From an uncultured delta proteobacterium (GTDB lineage Bacteria; Desulfobacterota; Desulfomonilia; UBA1062), in assembly GCA_963785235.1 (NCBI GenBank), contig CAWAUM010000009.1:340-64339 (forward strand): a stretch of DNA of 64,000 bases, in the 5' to 3' direction. The number at the start of each line of letters is the position of its first letter. Within the stretch, counting starts at the first letter, position 1. A program made the translations under genes and the position numbers. This document shows positions 1 through 11,873 of this stretch, in pieces. The notes beneath the pieces were generated by a model, which ran no database searches, was not told the origin of the DNA, and worked only from the letters and a program-made list of their open reading frames with translations.

Positions 1-1015
1 ACAATGACGAGGATATATCCATGGTGATCGCCGTCATAATATTCCCCCTTCACCCTCTTTTCTTCCCTGTACGTGCCTGACCATTTTTTCAGGGAGCCGC
101 CGCCGGTGCCCTCGATTATCTGCCAAATCTTGTTGCCTTTATTGTCTGGTATCAGGGCGCGGTTATAGAAATGGTCGTGACCGCAGAAATAGACTCTTGC
201 TCCGGCCTTTCCAATACTGTCCCAGAAAAAGTCCCTCTCCTTAGGATAAAAGGCGAGATTGTCCCTGTGACTTGCCTCGAAGGCAGGTTCATGACCGAAG
301 ATAAAAACATGGAGGTTCTTGTTTTCATATAGTTGCCTGTCAAGCCAGTCCTGGTTGACCTTGTGCTGGCCATTGGTGTACTGGTCCAACCCCACGATGA
401 AGGCATTCTTGTGGCTGAAGCTGAAGATGAGCCCTTCTTCTCCAACAGGTCCGTTTTCCGGGATGTAGGCTTCAGGGAAGGCATCTCTGAATGCTCTTTC
501 AATAACCCAGGTGTATCCGACGGTGGCTCAAGGTGAGCGGGCAGAGGGGGGAGAGCCAGTCGCTCTGGCCCACTGTCGTGGTTGCCCCGAATCTGGTACA
601 CCCGTATCCCTGCATGATACACGGGACTCATGGCTGCCTTCCAGTTGGTATACTGGGTCGCAAAATCAACGCCCCTGTTATTGAACCATCCGTTTACAAG
701 ATCCCCGGTAACGATTACGAAGTCGGGATTTTCCTGTACGATATTTCCGGCAATCGCCCGCACCACGGTATCATTAATGCAGGATTTTGTAGTATTGTCT
801 TTGTTGTCGTCCTGAGTATCACTGATAACGGCAAATTTCCATGCAGCCGTAGATTCCCGAGGCTGAGCCCCCAAGACCATTCCTGCCAAACAGGGAAATG
901 AAAGCACGAGTAGCAGGAGAATAAAGATAAGGAACCTTTGATTCCGAGAAGTTGATATGATTGAACCCGCAATAAACAACTTTACAACAATGAAAGCCGG
1001 TTCTTCAACCGGCAT
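1..1015 (-). pseudogene. calcineurin-like metallophosphoesterase, exported; one frame break as sequenced; 3' end lies outside the window
   Basis: ORF 152..1015 has a hydrophobic N-terminus, then DTQDD, GDLV and GNHD motifs, then S/T/R-rich nonsense. A second minus frame over 1..~527 reads ATVGYTWVIERAF...FIFGHEPAF...YFCGHDHFYNRA, the rest of the fold. The switch must lie at ~505-527. Confidence 0.75.
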
Positions 1016-1048
1016 TCATTGTTGTTGGTTAATTGACTGAAAAATTAA

Positions 1049-1726
1049 TTATTCATCATATGCCTTTGCAAAGGCCGGGGGGTTTTTTGCAGAATAGTCA
1101 TACTCATAGGCAGCGCCAATGAGTTCAATCCTCACAGGGAAATATACGCTGGTATTACTGACCTCATTATTGGAGCCGTCAACACGGATAATGAGATCAT
1201 AATCTGGCAAATAGTAGGCATTTGCCATTTCGGCATACGTCCAGCCATCCTTATATGTGCCGTCTAAAGCAACAATCTTATAGGTATAAGAAGACGGTTT
1301 ATCGGATACATAATCCGTAAGGAACTGAGTCAGCGGAATGGCCCGTACAGATGTGTAAGGGCCAAGAGTCTTGGTTGTTACGCTGAATTTTGTAGTCGAT
1401 AAGGAAGTGATAGTTGTATACTCTGAGTCACTCACGTAGTTGTCTGTGGTTGCACTGATTTCAAAGGTTGCCAGCGAACCGGCTGCATCAGGCCTTTTAC
1501 GCTTGATCCTGCGGAACATATAGATGTCATAAGAATATTTGATACTATACCTCTTTATGAGGCCGAGCGACACCGGGAAAAACATTCTTCCGGAATAATT
1601 CATATCAAGCAGATAGCCCTGGTTAAACTGATCCCATAACACATCGGGAACGTATAATCCTGAAGTGACAAACTTTGAACGGGTGCTGAATCCATCCATG
1701 TTGGATCGGTCTACCACTGCATACAA
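1049..1726 (-). CDS. hypothetical protein (225 aa)
   Basis: Clean ORF, co-directional and tightly spaced with exported-protein genes on both sides. Family not recognised. Confidence 0.5.
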   Translation of the reverse strand: MYAVVDRSNMDGFSTRSKFVTSGLYVPDVLWDQFNQGYLLDMNYSGRMFFPVSLGLIKRYSIKYSYDIYMFRRIKRKRPDAAGSLATFEISATTDNYVSDSEYTTITSLSTTKFSVTTKTLGPYTSVRAIPLTQFLTDYVSDKPSSYTYKIVALDGTYKDGWTYAEMANAYYLPDYDLIIRVDGSNNEVSNTSVYFPVRIELIGAAYEYDYSAKNPPAFAKAYDE

Positions 1727-1746
1727 TTTTCTTGCATCATTCCCTC

Positions 1747-2997
1747 CTAATACGTTGTAAGGGTCCGTGTCAATGCTTTCACCACAGCTTGGTCTACAAA
1801 CTGATCCAGGGCATATCCTGAAATCAGCGTTCCGTTGCCGTAATCGATTCCTGTAGTAAGGGTATAACCGAAAAACAGGGCTGCCGCCTCATTTGCAGCA
1901 GTACCACCATTATTTACATAGGTATATTGATCCGGCAGGTAATAGTGCAAATAAAGAGGCGCAACACCAGCAGCAGGGATGCGCGTCACTGCGACAGTAT
2001 ATGTTTTGGTGGTGCTGCCGTCTTCGGCCGTGACTACGACGGTTATGGTGGTGACCCCGACATTCAGCGCAACTGCATAGGCTGGGCTGCCGGAGGTAAT
2101 AGTATTGCCGTTTACCTTGATAGCGGCATTTATACCAGCGGCAGTGGGCGTGACCGTAAGGGAAATAACCGTGTTCTGCACCTCGGCCGTATAGAAAAGC
2201 GTTATGGGTGAAAAGGCTGGCGAGAGCGTGCCTTGCGAAATGCTCAGTCCAGAGAGGCCGGCATTCGTACTCTTGGCGGCCAGACGTGTTACGATCAGTG
2301 TGTAGGTTTTAGTGGTGCTTCTGTCTTGGGCAGTGACCACGATGGTGATCGTCGATGCAGCCCCTTCGGTCAGAGAGATTGCCGATGACATCCCACCTGT
2401 TGCCACGGCCGTGCCATTAACGGTTATGGTCGCATTTACCCCTACCGTGGTCGGGCTCACAGTAATGGATGCGACTGAATTTGAAACCTCGGCAGTATAG
2501 CTGGTGGTGTTTGCAGTGAAGGCCGGAGAAAGAGTTCCGGCAGAAGGCACCAGTCCTGCCAGATCGGCATTTTGGCTGAGCTCGGCCTGGCAGGTGACAA
2601 CCACGGTATAGGTTTTGGTTGTGGAGCCGTTATCGGCCGTGACAATGATCTGAAAGTTGTTCTGCCCCATGGCAAGGCTGACCGGGCCAAAGGCCTGTCC
2701 GGATGCCACAGCAGTCCCATTGATGGTGATGCCGGCCTGGGAGTTTGCCACGGCGGGTGTTATGCTGAACGAGGATACGATGTAATTGAGTTCCACGTTG
2801 TACGAAATCTTGTCAGGGTCAAAAACGAGCGTGCCGTTGGAAATGGTCAGATTGGACAGGTTGGCATTACTCTCTTCCGCACCGGGAGTGCTGCCCTTGC
2901 CATTGCCGCCGCCACCGCATCCGACCAACAGATTGAGCACTATGAAAATGACAACAAAACCCAAGCCCCTTCTCATTAGTATTTCCTCCTTGTCCAC
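1747..2997 (-). CDS. lipoprotein with three cadherin-like beta-sandwich repeats
   Basis: Lipobox LLVGCGGG. Three ~95-aa tandem repeats (aa 45-136, 143-238, 245-339; nt ~1981-2865), each L(S/A)xLxxSxGTLxPxF...Y...V...ITV.P...A.ITVNG......ITIVVTA.DGSTTKTYT..VTR. Confidence 0.75.
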   Translation of the reverse strand: MDKEEILMRRGLGFVVIFIVLNLLVGCGGGGNGKGSTPGAEESNANLSNLTISNGTLVFDPDKISYNVELNYIVSSFSITPAVANSQAGITINGTAVASGQAFGPVSLAMGQNNFQIIVTADNGSTTKTYTVVVTCQAELSQNADLAGLVPSAGTLSPAFTANTTSYTAEVSNSVASITVSPTTVGVNATITVNGTAVATGGMSSAISLTEGAASTITIVVTAQDRSTTKTYTLIVTRLAAKSTNAGLSGLSISQGTLSPAFSPITLFYTAEVQNTVISLTVTPTAAGINAAIKVNGNTITSGSPAYAVALNVGVTTITVVVTAEDGSTTKTYTVAVTRIPAAGVAPLYLHYYLPDQYTYVNNGGTAANEAAALFFGYTLTTGIDYGNGTLISGYALDQFVDQAVVKALTRTLTTY

Positions 2998-3168
2998 ACC
3001 CCCTGATTTTAAGACCTTGCAGGACTATGATCTGTTACATCAAGTATAAGAACTTCAGGATTCCGGCTTTCTCGCGATCCGAAAAGAAAAAAATCAAGGA
3101 AGGGTACAATGTCCGGAACCAGCGACACTTCACCCCCCCTTCAAGTTCTTAAAAAAACTATCCTTCTG

Positions 3169-4080
3169 TTAATTCAGAATGCGCTTCCTGAGCCCGATGA
3201 GACCCAGAAGTCCTGGGGCGAAAAGGAACAGACTTGCCGGGATAGGCACGGAAGATGCTGGGATCGGGTCAGTTATCTGAATGCTTGTCAGATTGCTCAC
3301 CGACCGTGAACCATGAAGGTCTCCCGTAGGTGTTAAAAGTCGCACATATCCGTTGCCTGGACTGGTGGGGTTGCCGCTATATGCGTAGAAGTTTACCATA
3401 TCAGGGCTCGTCGCGCTCAGCAGTTCACCTACTGAGAGAATCGTGGGATAGTTGTCCATCGTATTGAAGATGATCATGTTGTTCAGATTCAAACTGTTGG
3501 CGTTGACTCCGTATGCATTGAGCAGGTCTATTATGGGTCTGCTTTGACCTACAGTGAAACCTGCCGCCGACAGCTGAGCATCTGTTAATGTTGTTGACGT
3601 GATTCCGTCGCCGGAAACAGTGAGGCTGGATGAATAAGCTCTGGTGCTGGAAGTAGCATCTATGTAGTGCACAACCGAAATACTGGTTACACCCGTAACA
3701 TCGCGGCTGTCATAGCTGTCCAAATTGAAGCTGCCTAAACCATTTGATACAAGATTTATGGCCTTGTTGCCGACGTAGGCGTCGATCTCTCCCCCAGAGA
3801 AGGCTACCGTGCCGCTGTTCCCTTTCACCAGTACATAGTCTCTCTCGAATGAATTCTTGATGCCGTCACCATAATGGTATGAGGGGTCGAGAATATCATC
3901 GTGCTGCCAGAGTGGGTTAGCATAGCATGTTGGATTCAATATGCTATAGAGTGAACCAACGGCTGTATAGTCACCGGCAGTGGTCCAACATCCGCTGACA
4001 GTATACGCTTGGGCTTGAACGCTGAACATGAACAGCGCCGCTATGGCAGTAATCACAACAAAACACTTCCTTGTCTTCAT
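3169..4080 (-). CDS. PEP-CTERM sorting-domain exported protein
   Basis: Signal peptide ending AQA. The C-terminus VPIPASLFLFAPGLLGLIGLRKRILN has a P-x-P motif, a hydrophobic helix and a basic cluster. Confidence 0.7.
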   Translation of the reverse strand: MKTRKCFVVITAIAALFMFSVQAQAYTVSGCWTTAGDYTAVGSLYSILNPTCYANPLWQHDDILDPSYHYGDGIKNSFERDYVLVKGNSGTVAFSGGEIDAYVGNKAINLVSNGLGSFNLDSYDSRDVTGVTSISVVHYIDATSSTRAYSSSLTVSGDGITSTTLTDAQLSAAGFTVGQSRPIIDLLNAYGVNANSLNLNNMIIFNTMDNYPTILSVGELLSATSPDMVNFYAYSGNPTSPGNGYVRLLTPTGDLHGSRSVSNLTSIQITDPIPASSVPIPASLFLFAPGLLGLIGLRKRILN

Positions 4081-4290
4081 TTCCCGGTCTCCTTCCTCTA
4101 TGTTATTTATATGGTTTCATTTGCGCGTTACACGCTATGCATTAAATTCAATCAGTAAAACTATAAAATGTATACATATGCTCGTTCGAGCATAAAAGTC
4201 AATAGATTATTGAAAAGACGGTTAAAGCGCTATGCAAAGGTCTCTAAAAAAGTGACTCAACCCCTAAAGCAAGCTTAGTGTTCTTAAAAA

Positions 4291-5019
4291 TTATTCCAAA
4301 CGGTACGAAATGGGTAAGATCAGCTGAGCCTCCCCTGGGGGTGCGGGGAAGGGCTCGGCAATGCGAACGGTTTCCATGGCGCTCCTGTCAAGCAGCCTAT
4401 ACCCGGAGCTCTGCATGATCTTGAACGCTCTGACAGAGCCATCAGCCTTTATAATAAAGGAAAGGATCACCGTTCCTTGCCAGTCCTTGCGCCGTGCTTC
4501 GTCAGGATAGCTTATGTTCCTGAGAATCTTGTCCCGGATATAGGCAAAGTTATCGTTTAAATACTGTGCCGCGTCAGCTTCTTTTCCGCCCCCTGCATCT
4601 CCTGTACCCGAGCGTGTCCCCGATCCCTTTCCGGAACTTCCGGAAGATCCTTCCTTCACCACACCCTGGCCGGGAATATACTGTCCTATGGTACTGACCT
4701 CATGGTCGCGGGCTTGAGGAATCACAATCGGCGATATATCAGGGGCCAGGGACTTGTGGGGATTTTCCTTGAGCAGTGGGGGAGGTTCATTGTCCTTTTC
4801 ATTCGCGTGCGCAGCGGAGTTGATAGATCTTGTTTTAACGAGGGACACAGGCGTATGATCCTCAATTTTTTTGGGTTCCGGCAACGGTTTGAGCACATCG
4901 AAATCAAGGACAACAGACTTTTTATATTGGGCAAAGAAGGTGCCGCTGATGATAACTAAGGCTATTATTATACTGTGAAGCAGAAATGATAATTGGAACG
5001 CCTTGAACTGATAATTCAT
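4291..5019 (-). CDS. tonB: energy transducer TonB
   Basis: N-terminal TM helix, Pro/Glu-rich spacer, and C-terminal TonB domain (YPDEARRKDWQGTVILSFIIKADGSV...LDRSAMETV). 4-nt overlap with exbD. Confidence 0.8.
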   Translation of the reverse strand: MNYQFKAFQLSFLLHSIIIALVIISGTFFAQYKKSVVLDFDVLKPLPEPKKIEDHTPVSLVKTRSINSAAHANEKDNEPPPLLKENPHKSLAPDISPIVIPQARDHEVSTIGQYIPGQGVVKEGSSGSSGKGSGTRSGTGDAGGGKEADAAQYLNDNFAYIRDKILRNISYPDEARRKDWQGTVILSFIIKADGSVRAFKIMQSSGYRLLDRSAMETVRIAEPFPAPPGEAQLILPISYRLE

Positions 5020-5402
5020 CCGCCTTCCTCGGTCTGTAGACTGACGCGGGAGAATTCCAAGGCCTTGATAACGTCCAGGACACTGACAAATGTTTGCAAT
5101 ATGATGCTGCGATCCGCCCTTATCAACACAGGGGCGTTTTTATTCATGCCCCCCAGATCTGCTTTCAATTCCTCCAGGGACACCGGCCTGGAATTTAGAT
5201 ATATTTTCCCTGTTCGGTTGATCTCAATCATCTGGGTTTTCAGGATCTCACCAGTGCTGCGATGGGCTTTAGGCAGATCCATGGGAATCATGCCGCTGGC
5301 AATAAAGGAAGACGTGGTCAGCACAATCGTCAGGAGCACGAGCATGACATCGACCAGGGGAATGACATTGATATAATCAAACTCTCTTTCTTCCATGTTC
5401 AA
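5016..5402 (-). CDS. exbD: biopolymer transporter ExbD/TolR
   Basis: INVIPLVDVMLVLLTIVL TM segment and ~128 aa, lying between exbB and tonB. Confidence 0.8.
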   Translation of the reverse strand: MNMEEREFDYINVIPLVDVMLVLLTIVLTTSSFIASGMIPMDLPKAHRSTGEILKTQMIEINRTGKIYLNSRPVSLEELKADLGGMNKNAPVLIRADRSIILQTFVSVLDVIKALEFSRVSLQTEEGG

Positions 5403-5811
5403 TCTCCCAGGTCATGAGCAAGACCTTCACTCTTCTCAGCAGAAAATTGTATAGAGACACGGCGGGAATGGCTACCAAAAGACCGATGGCTGTCGCCTTC
5501 AAGGCCAGGGCCAAACCGACCATGATCTTGCCGGTGTCCATGAAACCTGCTTTCCCGATCATATAAAATGTGAGCATGATGCCCAGAACCGTTCCCAAAA
5601 GGCCAATATACGGGGCGTTGCTGCCGATGGTTGCAATGATGTGGATCTTTTTCGTTAGCTCCAGTTCAAGGCTCTTATAATCGGGGAAGGCTTTCAAGTT
5701 GACATGGTTAAAGAAATAAAACCGTTCCAAGGCAATCCCAACGGCAATTATGCTCAAAAAGATTAAAAGTCCTATGATACCGTAATCTATGACAATTTTC
5801 AGCCATTCCAT
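5377..5811 (-). CDS. exbB: MotA/TolQ/ExbB proton channel protein
   Basis: Three TM helices with GSNAPYIGLLGTVLGIM, typical of ExbB/TolQ. Confidence 0.8.
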   Translation of the reverse strand: MEWLKIVIDYGIIGLLIFLSIIAVGIALERFYFFNHVNLKAFPDYKSLELELTKKIHIIATIGSNAPYIGLLGTVLGIMLTFYMIGKAGFMDTGKIMVGLALALKATAIGLLVAIPAVSLYNFLLRRVKVLLMTWEIEHGRKRV

Positions 5812-5873
5812 TTTTTCTCCTCACGACAATTTCAGAAGTCGGAATCCGTAAAGATCATCCGATCTTTTTAAGT

Positions 5874-8303
5874 TTAATAACTTGCCTTGAATCCTATATA
5901 CCACATTCTGCCAGGACCCGGGTTGAATGGATCAGCGTTATAATCGTCCAGGATGTTTTTGCACATAACGTAGGCTTCGTAATTTCTAAAAATTTTCTGC
6001 GACAGCTTGATGTCGATCATAAGGGGATCGTGGAGCCTCTGGGCATGGTAATATGAGGTCGAAAAATCCGCTGTGGTTTTAGGGATAGAGCCCATAACGT
6101 ATTGGATCTGATTCAATTCGTAATTGCCGAAAATAATTAGGCTTGTGCCCGTTCTAAAATGTGTCCGGAAGTCGAAGGTAATTTTTTGTTCAGCAAGTTT
6201 CTCAAATCTAGAGCCTTTGTTTACAAAGGAATCGTCTATATCCGCCTGATTTCTTGAATTCACATATGCATAGGTGGATGAGAAAACAACATCCGCCATA
6301 TCGAAGACATCCATAAGGTTCAAAGTCAAGGTTGCCTCCGCCCCGTTCAGGACTGCAGAGTCTATATTCCTGAAAATATAGTCGTCAATCTTCGTTATAT
6401 ATATTTTCATAATTTTATCGTCATACTTGCTGTAAAAATAATCCGCGCCCCACGTCAATTGCTTGTCAAGGCATGAAAGTTCAAAGCCCACATCGGCATT
6501 GAGCATTTTTTCGGGCTTAATATTTACATCCCTGCTGCCTCGATCAGATGATGTCTGATAGGGAGAGACCGTTTTCGAATATTCCTGAAGAGTAGGGAAA
6601 GATGTTTTCCGGCATGCGGCGGCTTTAAGTTTCAAAAAGTCCTTTATAGGCTCATACACAATGTCTGAGACGGGATTGAAGGAATCGCGCGTACCCCATA
6701 ACATGGAATCGTCCGAGGCCTTGTACTGATCGACCATCTTCGTGCTCCCATCGATTCCTAATTTTTTCTGGTACTTATTCAGATTTTGCGTATCGTAAGA
6801 GACACCGAGCGTCAACTGTGCATTTTCCATTATCTGTATCTCGTCTTCAACGGCAACGGTTAGGTAAGCAGCAGCAATGTCCATAGTCGTGTATTTGCCT
6901 GTGCCGTAATATTTAATAGTCTTGGTGGACTCTGCGTTGTAAGCCTCTTCCTCTTCAGTGTGATCGCTTAGATAATACGATAAGGCAAAATTCAATCTGT
7001 TCCATGATGAGAGTTTATATGAAGGATAGATGTTCAAGCCATAGGTCTTGTCTGTCCATATGGACCATGTCATGGTAATTACATCCCGGTTGAATGCCAA
7101 TACCTTTTCCAGCGGGTCAGCATAAGCCATAAATTTGTTGGTGTTTTCATAGTAGTATAGATTGGCTTTTATTCCGAACTTGCCTTTTTCGTAAATAAGG
7201 TATGGAGATACTGCGTAATCATTATATTCAGGCCAGCGGCTTGACATGTTGCGCAGTGTATAAGTTGTATCCGGTAATAACCAGTCATTATCCTGCGTAT
7301 AACTATTATACGTATACATGCTCCGCATATCTGTAAAATAAGAGCTGGTTTCCTTTTCGGTTTGATTGTAAAAAACAGATGTGCCTATATCCAGTTCCGG
7401 CGAAATATGGTATCCGGCTTTACCGTTCAGCTTGTATTTTTCATGCCCTATGTGATCCCATATTCCTGTATCGTCCAGATAGTAAACAGCTGCTGAGCTG
7501 CCAGGATGTGAATAGATATCATTCAGGGTAAATCCGTAAAGATCATATCTGGAAAGCTTTAAAAGCCAATCCTCACGTTTTTTGCGGTCGAGTTTGTCCG
7601 ATACTTCATATCCGTCAGACTTGTCGTACAGGGCGGAAAACTGATAATAAAAATTGCCAATGGGTGCGCCGTGGGAGACGCTTGCCACAAAGTTATTATA
7701 TTCGCCGTATTCGGCGGAGATATCCGTGTACATTCTGGTGGGTTTTTTCCTGATGAGATTGATCGAACCGACACCGCCCTTTGTACCGTATAAGGCAGAC
7801 GTCGTTCCGCGGCTGACAACAATCTCCTCTATGTCCATCAGGCCAATGTTGTCGATGTCCATGGTGCCGGTGAAAGAATCGATCAAGGGAATGTCATCTA
7901 CCAGTATGGCAACCTTTGACATATCATATCCGCGCATATAAAACTGGGTAGTGCCCTTCCGTTGCGATACCACCTGGATACCCGGCACCTGATACAGGAC
8001 ATCCTTAAGCACCTTATCGCTTCTCTCTTCAATATCCTGTTTGGTAATCTCTGTTGTTGCGCCCCCTTTTACTATTTTCGGTTTTTCTATTTCTTTCATG
8101 CTGCGTTCTTTAACGACGATGCCCTCTAACTGATATTCCTTTTTGGTTTTCTGTTTATTATCTGGGTTGTCCTTATCTTCCGAAGGTTGAATTGTTGATT
8201 GCACCTCTCCTACAGCGTCCGTTTCTTTTGTGTCCTTCGCTGTCAACGGAGAAACAGTCATTAGCAGTAAAATCATTATCAGACATAAAATTCTCATTCT
8301 CAT
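5874..8303 (-). CDS. TonB-dependent receptor (809 aa)
   Basis: Signal peptide, plug region (GIQVVSQRKGTTQFYMRGYDMSKVAILVDDIPL) and long beta-barrel ending WYIGFKASY. Intact. Confidence 0.85.
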   Translation of the reverse strand: MRMRILCLIMILLLMTVSPLTAKDTKETDAVGEVQSTIQPSEDKDNPDNKQKTKKEYQLEGIVVKERSMKEIEKPKIVKGGATTEITKQDIEERSDKVLKDVLYQVPGIQVVSQRKGTTQFYMRGYDMSKVAILVDDIPLIDSFTGTMDIDNIGLMDIEEIVVSRGTTSALYGTKGGVGSINLIRKKPTRMYTDISAEYGEYNNFVASVSHGAPIGNFYYQFSALYDKSDGYEVSDKLDRKKREDWLLKLSRYDLYGFTLNDIYSHPGSSAAVYYLDDTGIWDHIGHEKYKLNGKAGYHISPELDIGTSVFYNQTEKETSSYFTDMRSMYTYNSYTQDNDWLLPDTTYTLRNMSSRWPEYNDYAVSPYLIYEKGKFGIKANLYYYENTNKFMAYADPLEKVLAFNRDVITMTWSIWTDKTYGLNIYPSYKLSSWNRLNFALSYYLSDHTEEEEAYNAESTKTIKYYGTGKYTTMDIAAAYLTVAVEDEIQIMENAQLTLGVSYDTQNLNKYQKKLGIDGSTKMVDQYKASDDSMLWGTRDSFNPVSDIVYEPIKDFLKLKAAACRKTSFPTLQEYSKTVSPYQTSSDRGSRDVNIKPEKMLNADVGFELSCLDKQLTWGADYFYSKYDDKIMKIYITKIDDYIFRNIDSAVLNGAEATLTLNLMDVFDMADVVFSSTYAYVNSRNQADIDDSFVNKGSRFEKLAEQKITFDFRTHFRTGTSLIIFGNYELNQIQYVMGSIPKTTADFSTSYYHAQRLHDPLMIDIKLSQKIFRNYEAYVMCKNILDDYNADPFNPGPGRMWYIGFKASY

Positions 8304-8588
8304 TAAAGTAATTCTTCAAGTTGTCTGGGTTTCATGTTTTCCGAATTGTTCACAGACAGTTTCTTATCCGGAGTTTCCAGATGGACATTATCTATAATCC
8401 CCAAATTGCTTTTTAAATGAGAAAAATCGTATACTTATTCACAAGCAAAGATCTTATAAGAGGGCCTTTAGGCCGCCAGAAGGAATAGAATCCTTCTATC
8501 TGCCGTTCGGGGCTTAAAGTCCCTCCTTCATCGTTCTTGTCTCGCAAGGACAAAATTCGAGATTAATATGTAACATCCAGCATATTAG

Positions 8589-8804
8589 ATAATCAAGCTT
8601 TTATTGAGAGAGAAGATATCCCTTGATCCTGCCAGGAAGACCCGGTTTGCGCAGTGGAGCAGCGTGGAGCGGGTGAATTCGTATCTGAAAGATAACCATG
8701 GAGGAAGTCATATACGGGTGAAGGGGGCATCCAAAGTCATGGCGCATCTCATGTTCGGGCTCATTGTCATTACTGCGAACAAGCTGTTCCAGATGCTCTG
8801 TTGA
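8589..8804 (+). pseudogene. C-terminal fragment of an IS4/IS5-type DDE transposase
   Basis: Only ~70 aa remain: ...WSSVERVNSYLKDNHGGSHIRVKGASKVMAHLMFGLIVITANKLFQML (the ER-N--LK ... RG--KV--HL tail). A stop lies just upstream at 8586-8588 and no N-terminal part is present. Confidence 0.6.
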
Positions 8805-9037
8805 CGATGAGAAGAAAGGATAACAGGTTATTCTTGGGGCTGGTAATAGTCACCAGGAGGATACCTCTGCCTGAAAACAGCTACAAACGTGCTGAGGAAA
8901 TGGCGCCGACCATCAAAATGGGTTTTTCACGCGCTTGAGTGCAATCGCCAACTGGGTTATACTTGGATTACATCAGCGGCAGAAACGTTTTGCAATTGGC
9001 TCATATTAAAGAAAACATGTATGGGAGGATGGAGATC

Positions 9038-10890
<1,853 letters not shown>

Positions 10891-11247
10891 TATCCGATAG
10901 ATCTTAGAGGTGGAGTAATGAGTACTCCACCTTTCATTTCATCACTGTTAACTGTGGTAACTAGGTAAGGTCGGTTACTACGAAATAGAAGAAAAGCACA
11001 CTTACGGGACCTATGAGGGTTATAACCACAACCCGTGTAGTTATCATGCCCTCCTGGATGTGTGCATGGAAAACTGAAACACATAAGCTGGGCTATAAGC
11101 GCCCATATTTCTTTTTAGGTCCGATCCCCATTACCTTCACTATGCGACATATGCCCAGACTGAACCGGACAACTTATTCACATTATCTATTATCTAATTC
11201 TAAATATTTCTTGAGGTATTTTCCGTTGACTCTCTGACTGAAGATTT

Positions 11248-11296
11248 CATGCCACACCGCTTTCTGATTACTGAATATTTGGAACCATAATCCTCG
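11248..11296 (+). repeat. partial copy of a local ~50-80-nt repeat unit
   Basis: CATGCCACACCGCTTTCTGATTACTGAATATTTGGAACCATAATCCTCG matches 11448-11499 (CATGCCATTTCACACGGTTTCTGATTGCTGAATATTTGTGACCATAATCATCG). Confidence 0.8.
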
Positions 11297-11383
11297 TTTT
11301 GTCTAAAGCGTTGATCTCTGCGATAAATTGGCGCTTTCACAAGACCTGAGACACCGTTGATTTTGCTAGTGCCAATGGTTATT

Positions 11384-11499
11384 CCAGAGCAGAGATTACT
11401 TTCTATAATCATCGAAAAAGAGGGGCATGGAAAACCGTATGATATACATGCCATTTCACACGGTTTCTGATTGCTGAATATTTGTGACCATAATCATCG
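11384..11499 (+). repeat. local repeat unit (left copy of a direct-repeat pair with 16734-16805)
   Basis: GAGATTACTTTCTATAATCATCGAAAAAGAGGGGCATGG-N16-CATGCCATTTCACACGG. 26 nt (ATAATCATCGAAAAAGAGGGGCATGG) are identical to 16750-16775. GGCATG/CATGCC can form a small hairpin. Confidence 0.85.
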
Positions 11500-11873
11500 C
11501 TATGGTCATATTGAAGATCACCTCGATAACTCACCAGTCCCATTTCAAGGAGATCAATCATAGATCTTATGGGGGATCATATAAGATCATTCACTTTCTA
11601 CCGTTGGACTCTCAAGAGATGCCTGCGAAACAGGACTAGGACAATATACACCGAGTGCCCCGGTCACCGGAAGTCCTTATGGTCCTGCTATGGGTAATTC
11701 GTCCCGCTATTGCCGGGCAGGCATACCATGTTGTATTCAAAAAATGCATGCAGGCCGATAAACCATGCCCTTATGGAATTTGACACAGGCGGGCCGATCC
11801 ACTAGTTCTTAAAAAGTTAAAAAAAACTCGTAGGCTTATATCCTTTAATGGGTACACAGGGGCGAATATTTTC

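Noticed and set aside
8304-8588. Possible cobalamin or other riboswitch, or a Fur box, in the leader of the TonB-dependent receptor gene
   Set aside because: I found only small hairpins (AGAAGGA..TCCTTCT, TTGTC..GACAA). There is no B12-box-like core and no convincing Fur-box palindrome. The region may equally be debris next to the IS fragment.
8939-9037. N-terminal extension of the dihaem protein ORF (track start 8939)
   Set aside because: A good RBS (GGGAGGA) and a canonical signal peptide begin at the ATG at 9038. The upstream 33 codons have no signal or domain character.
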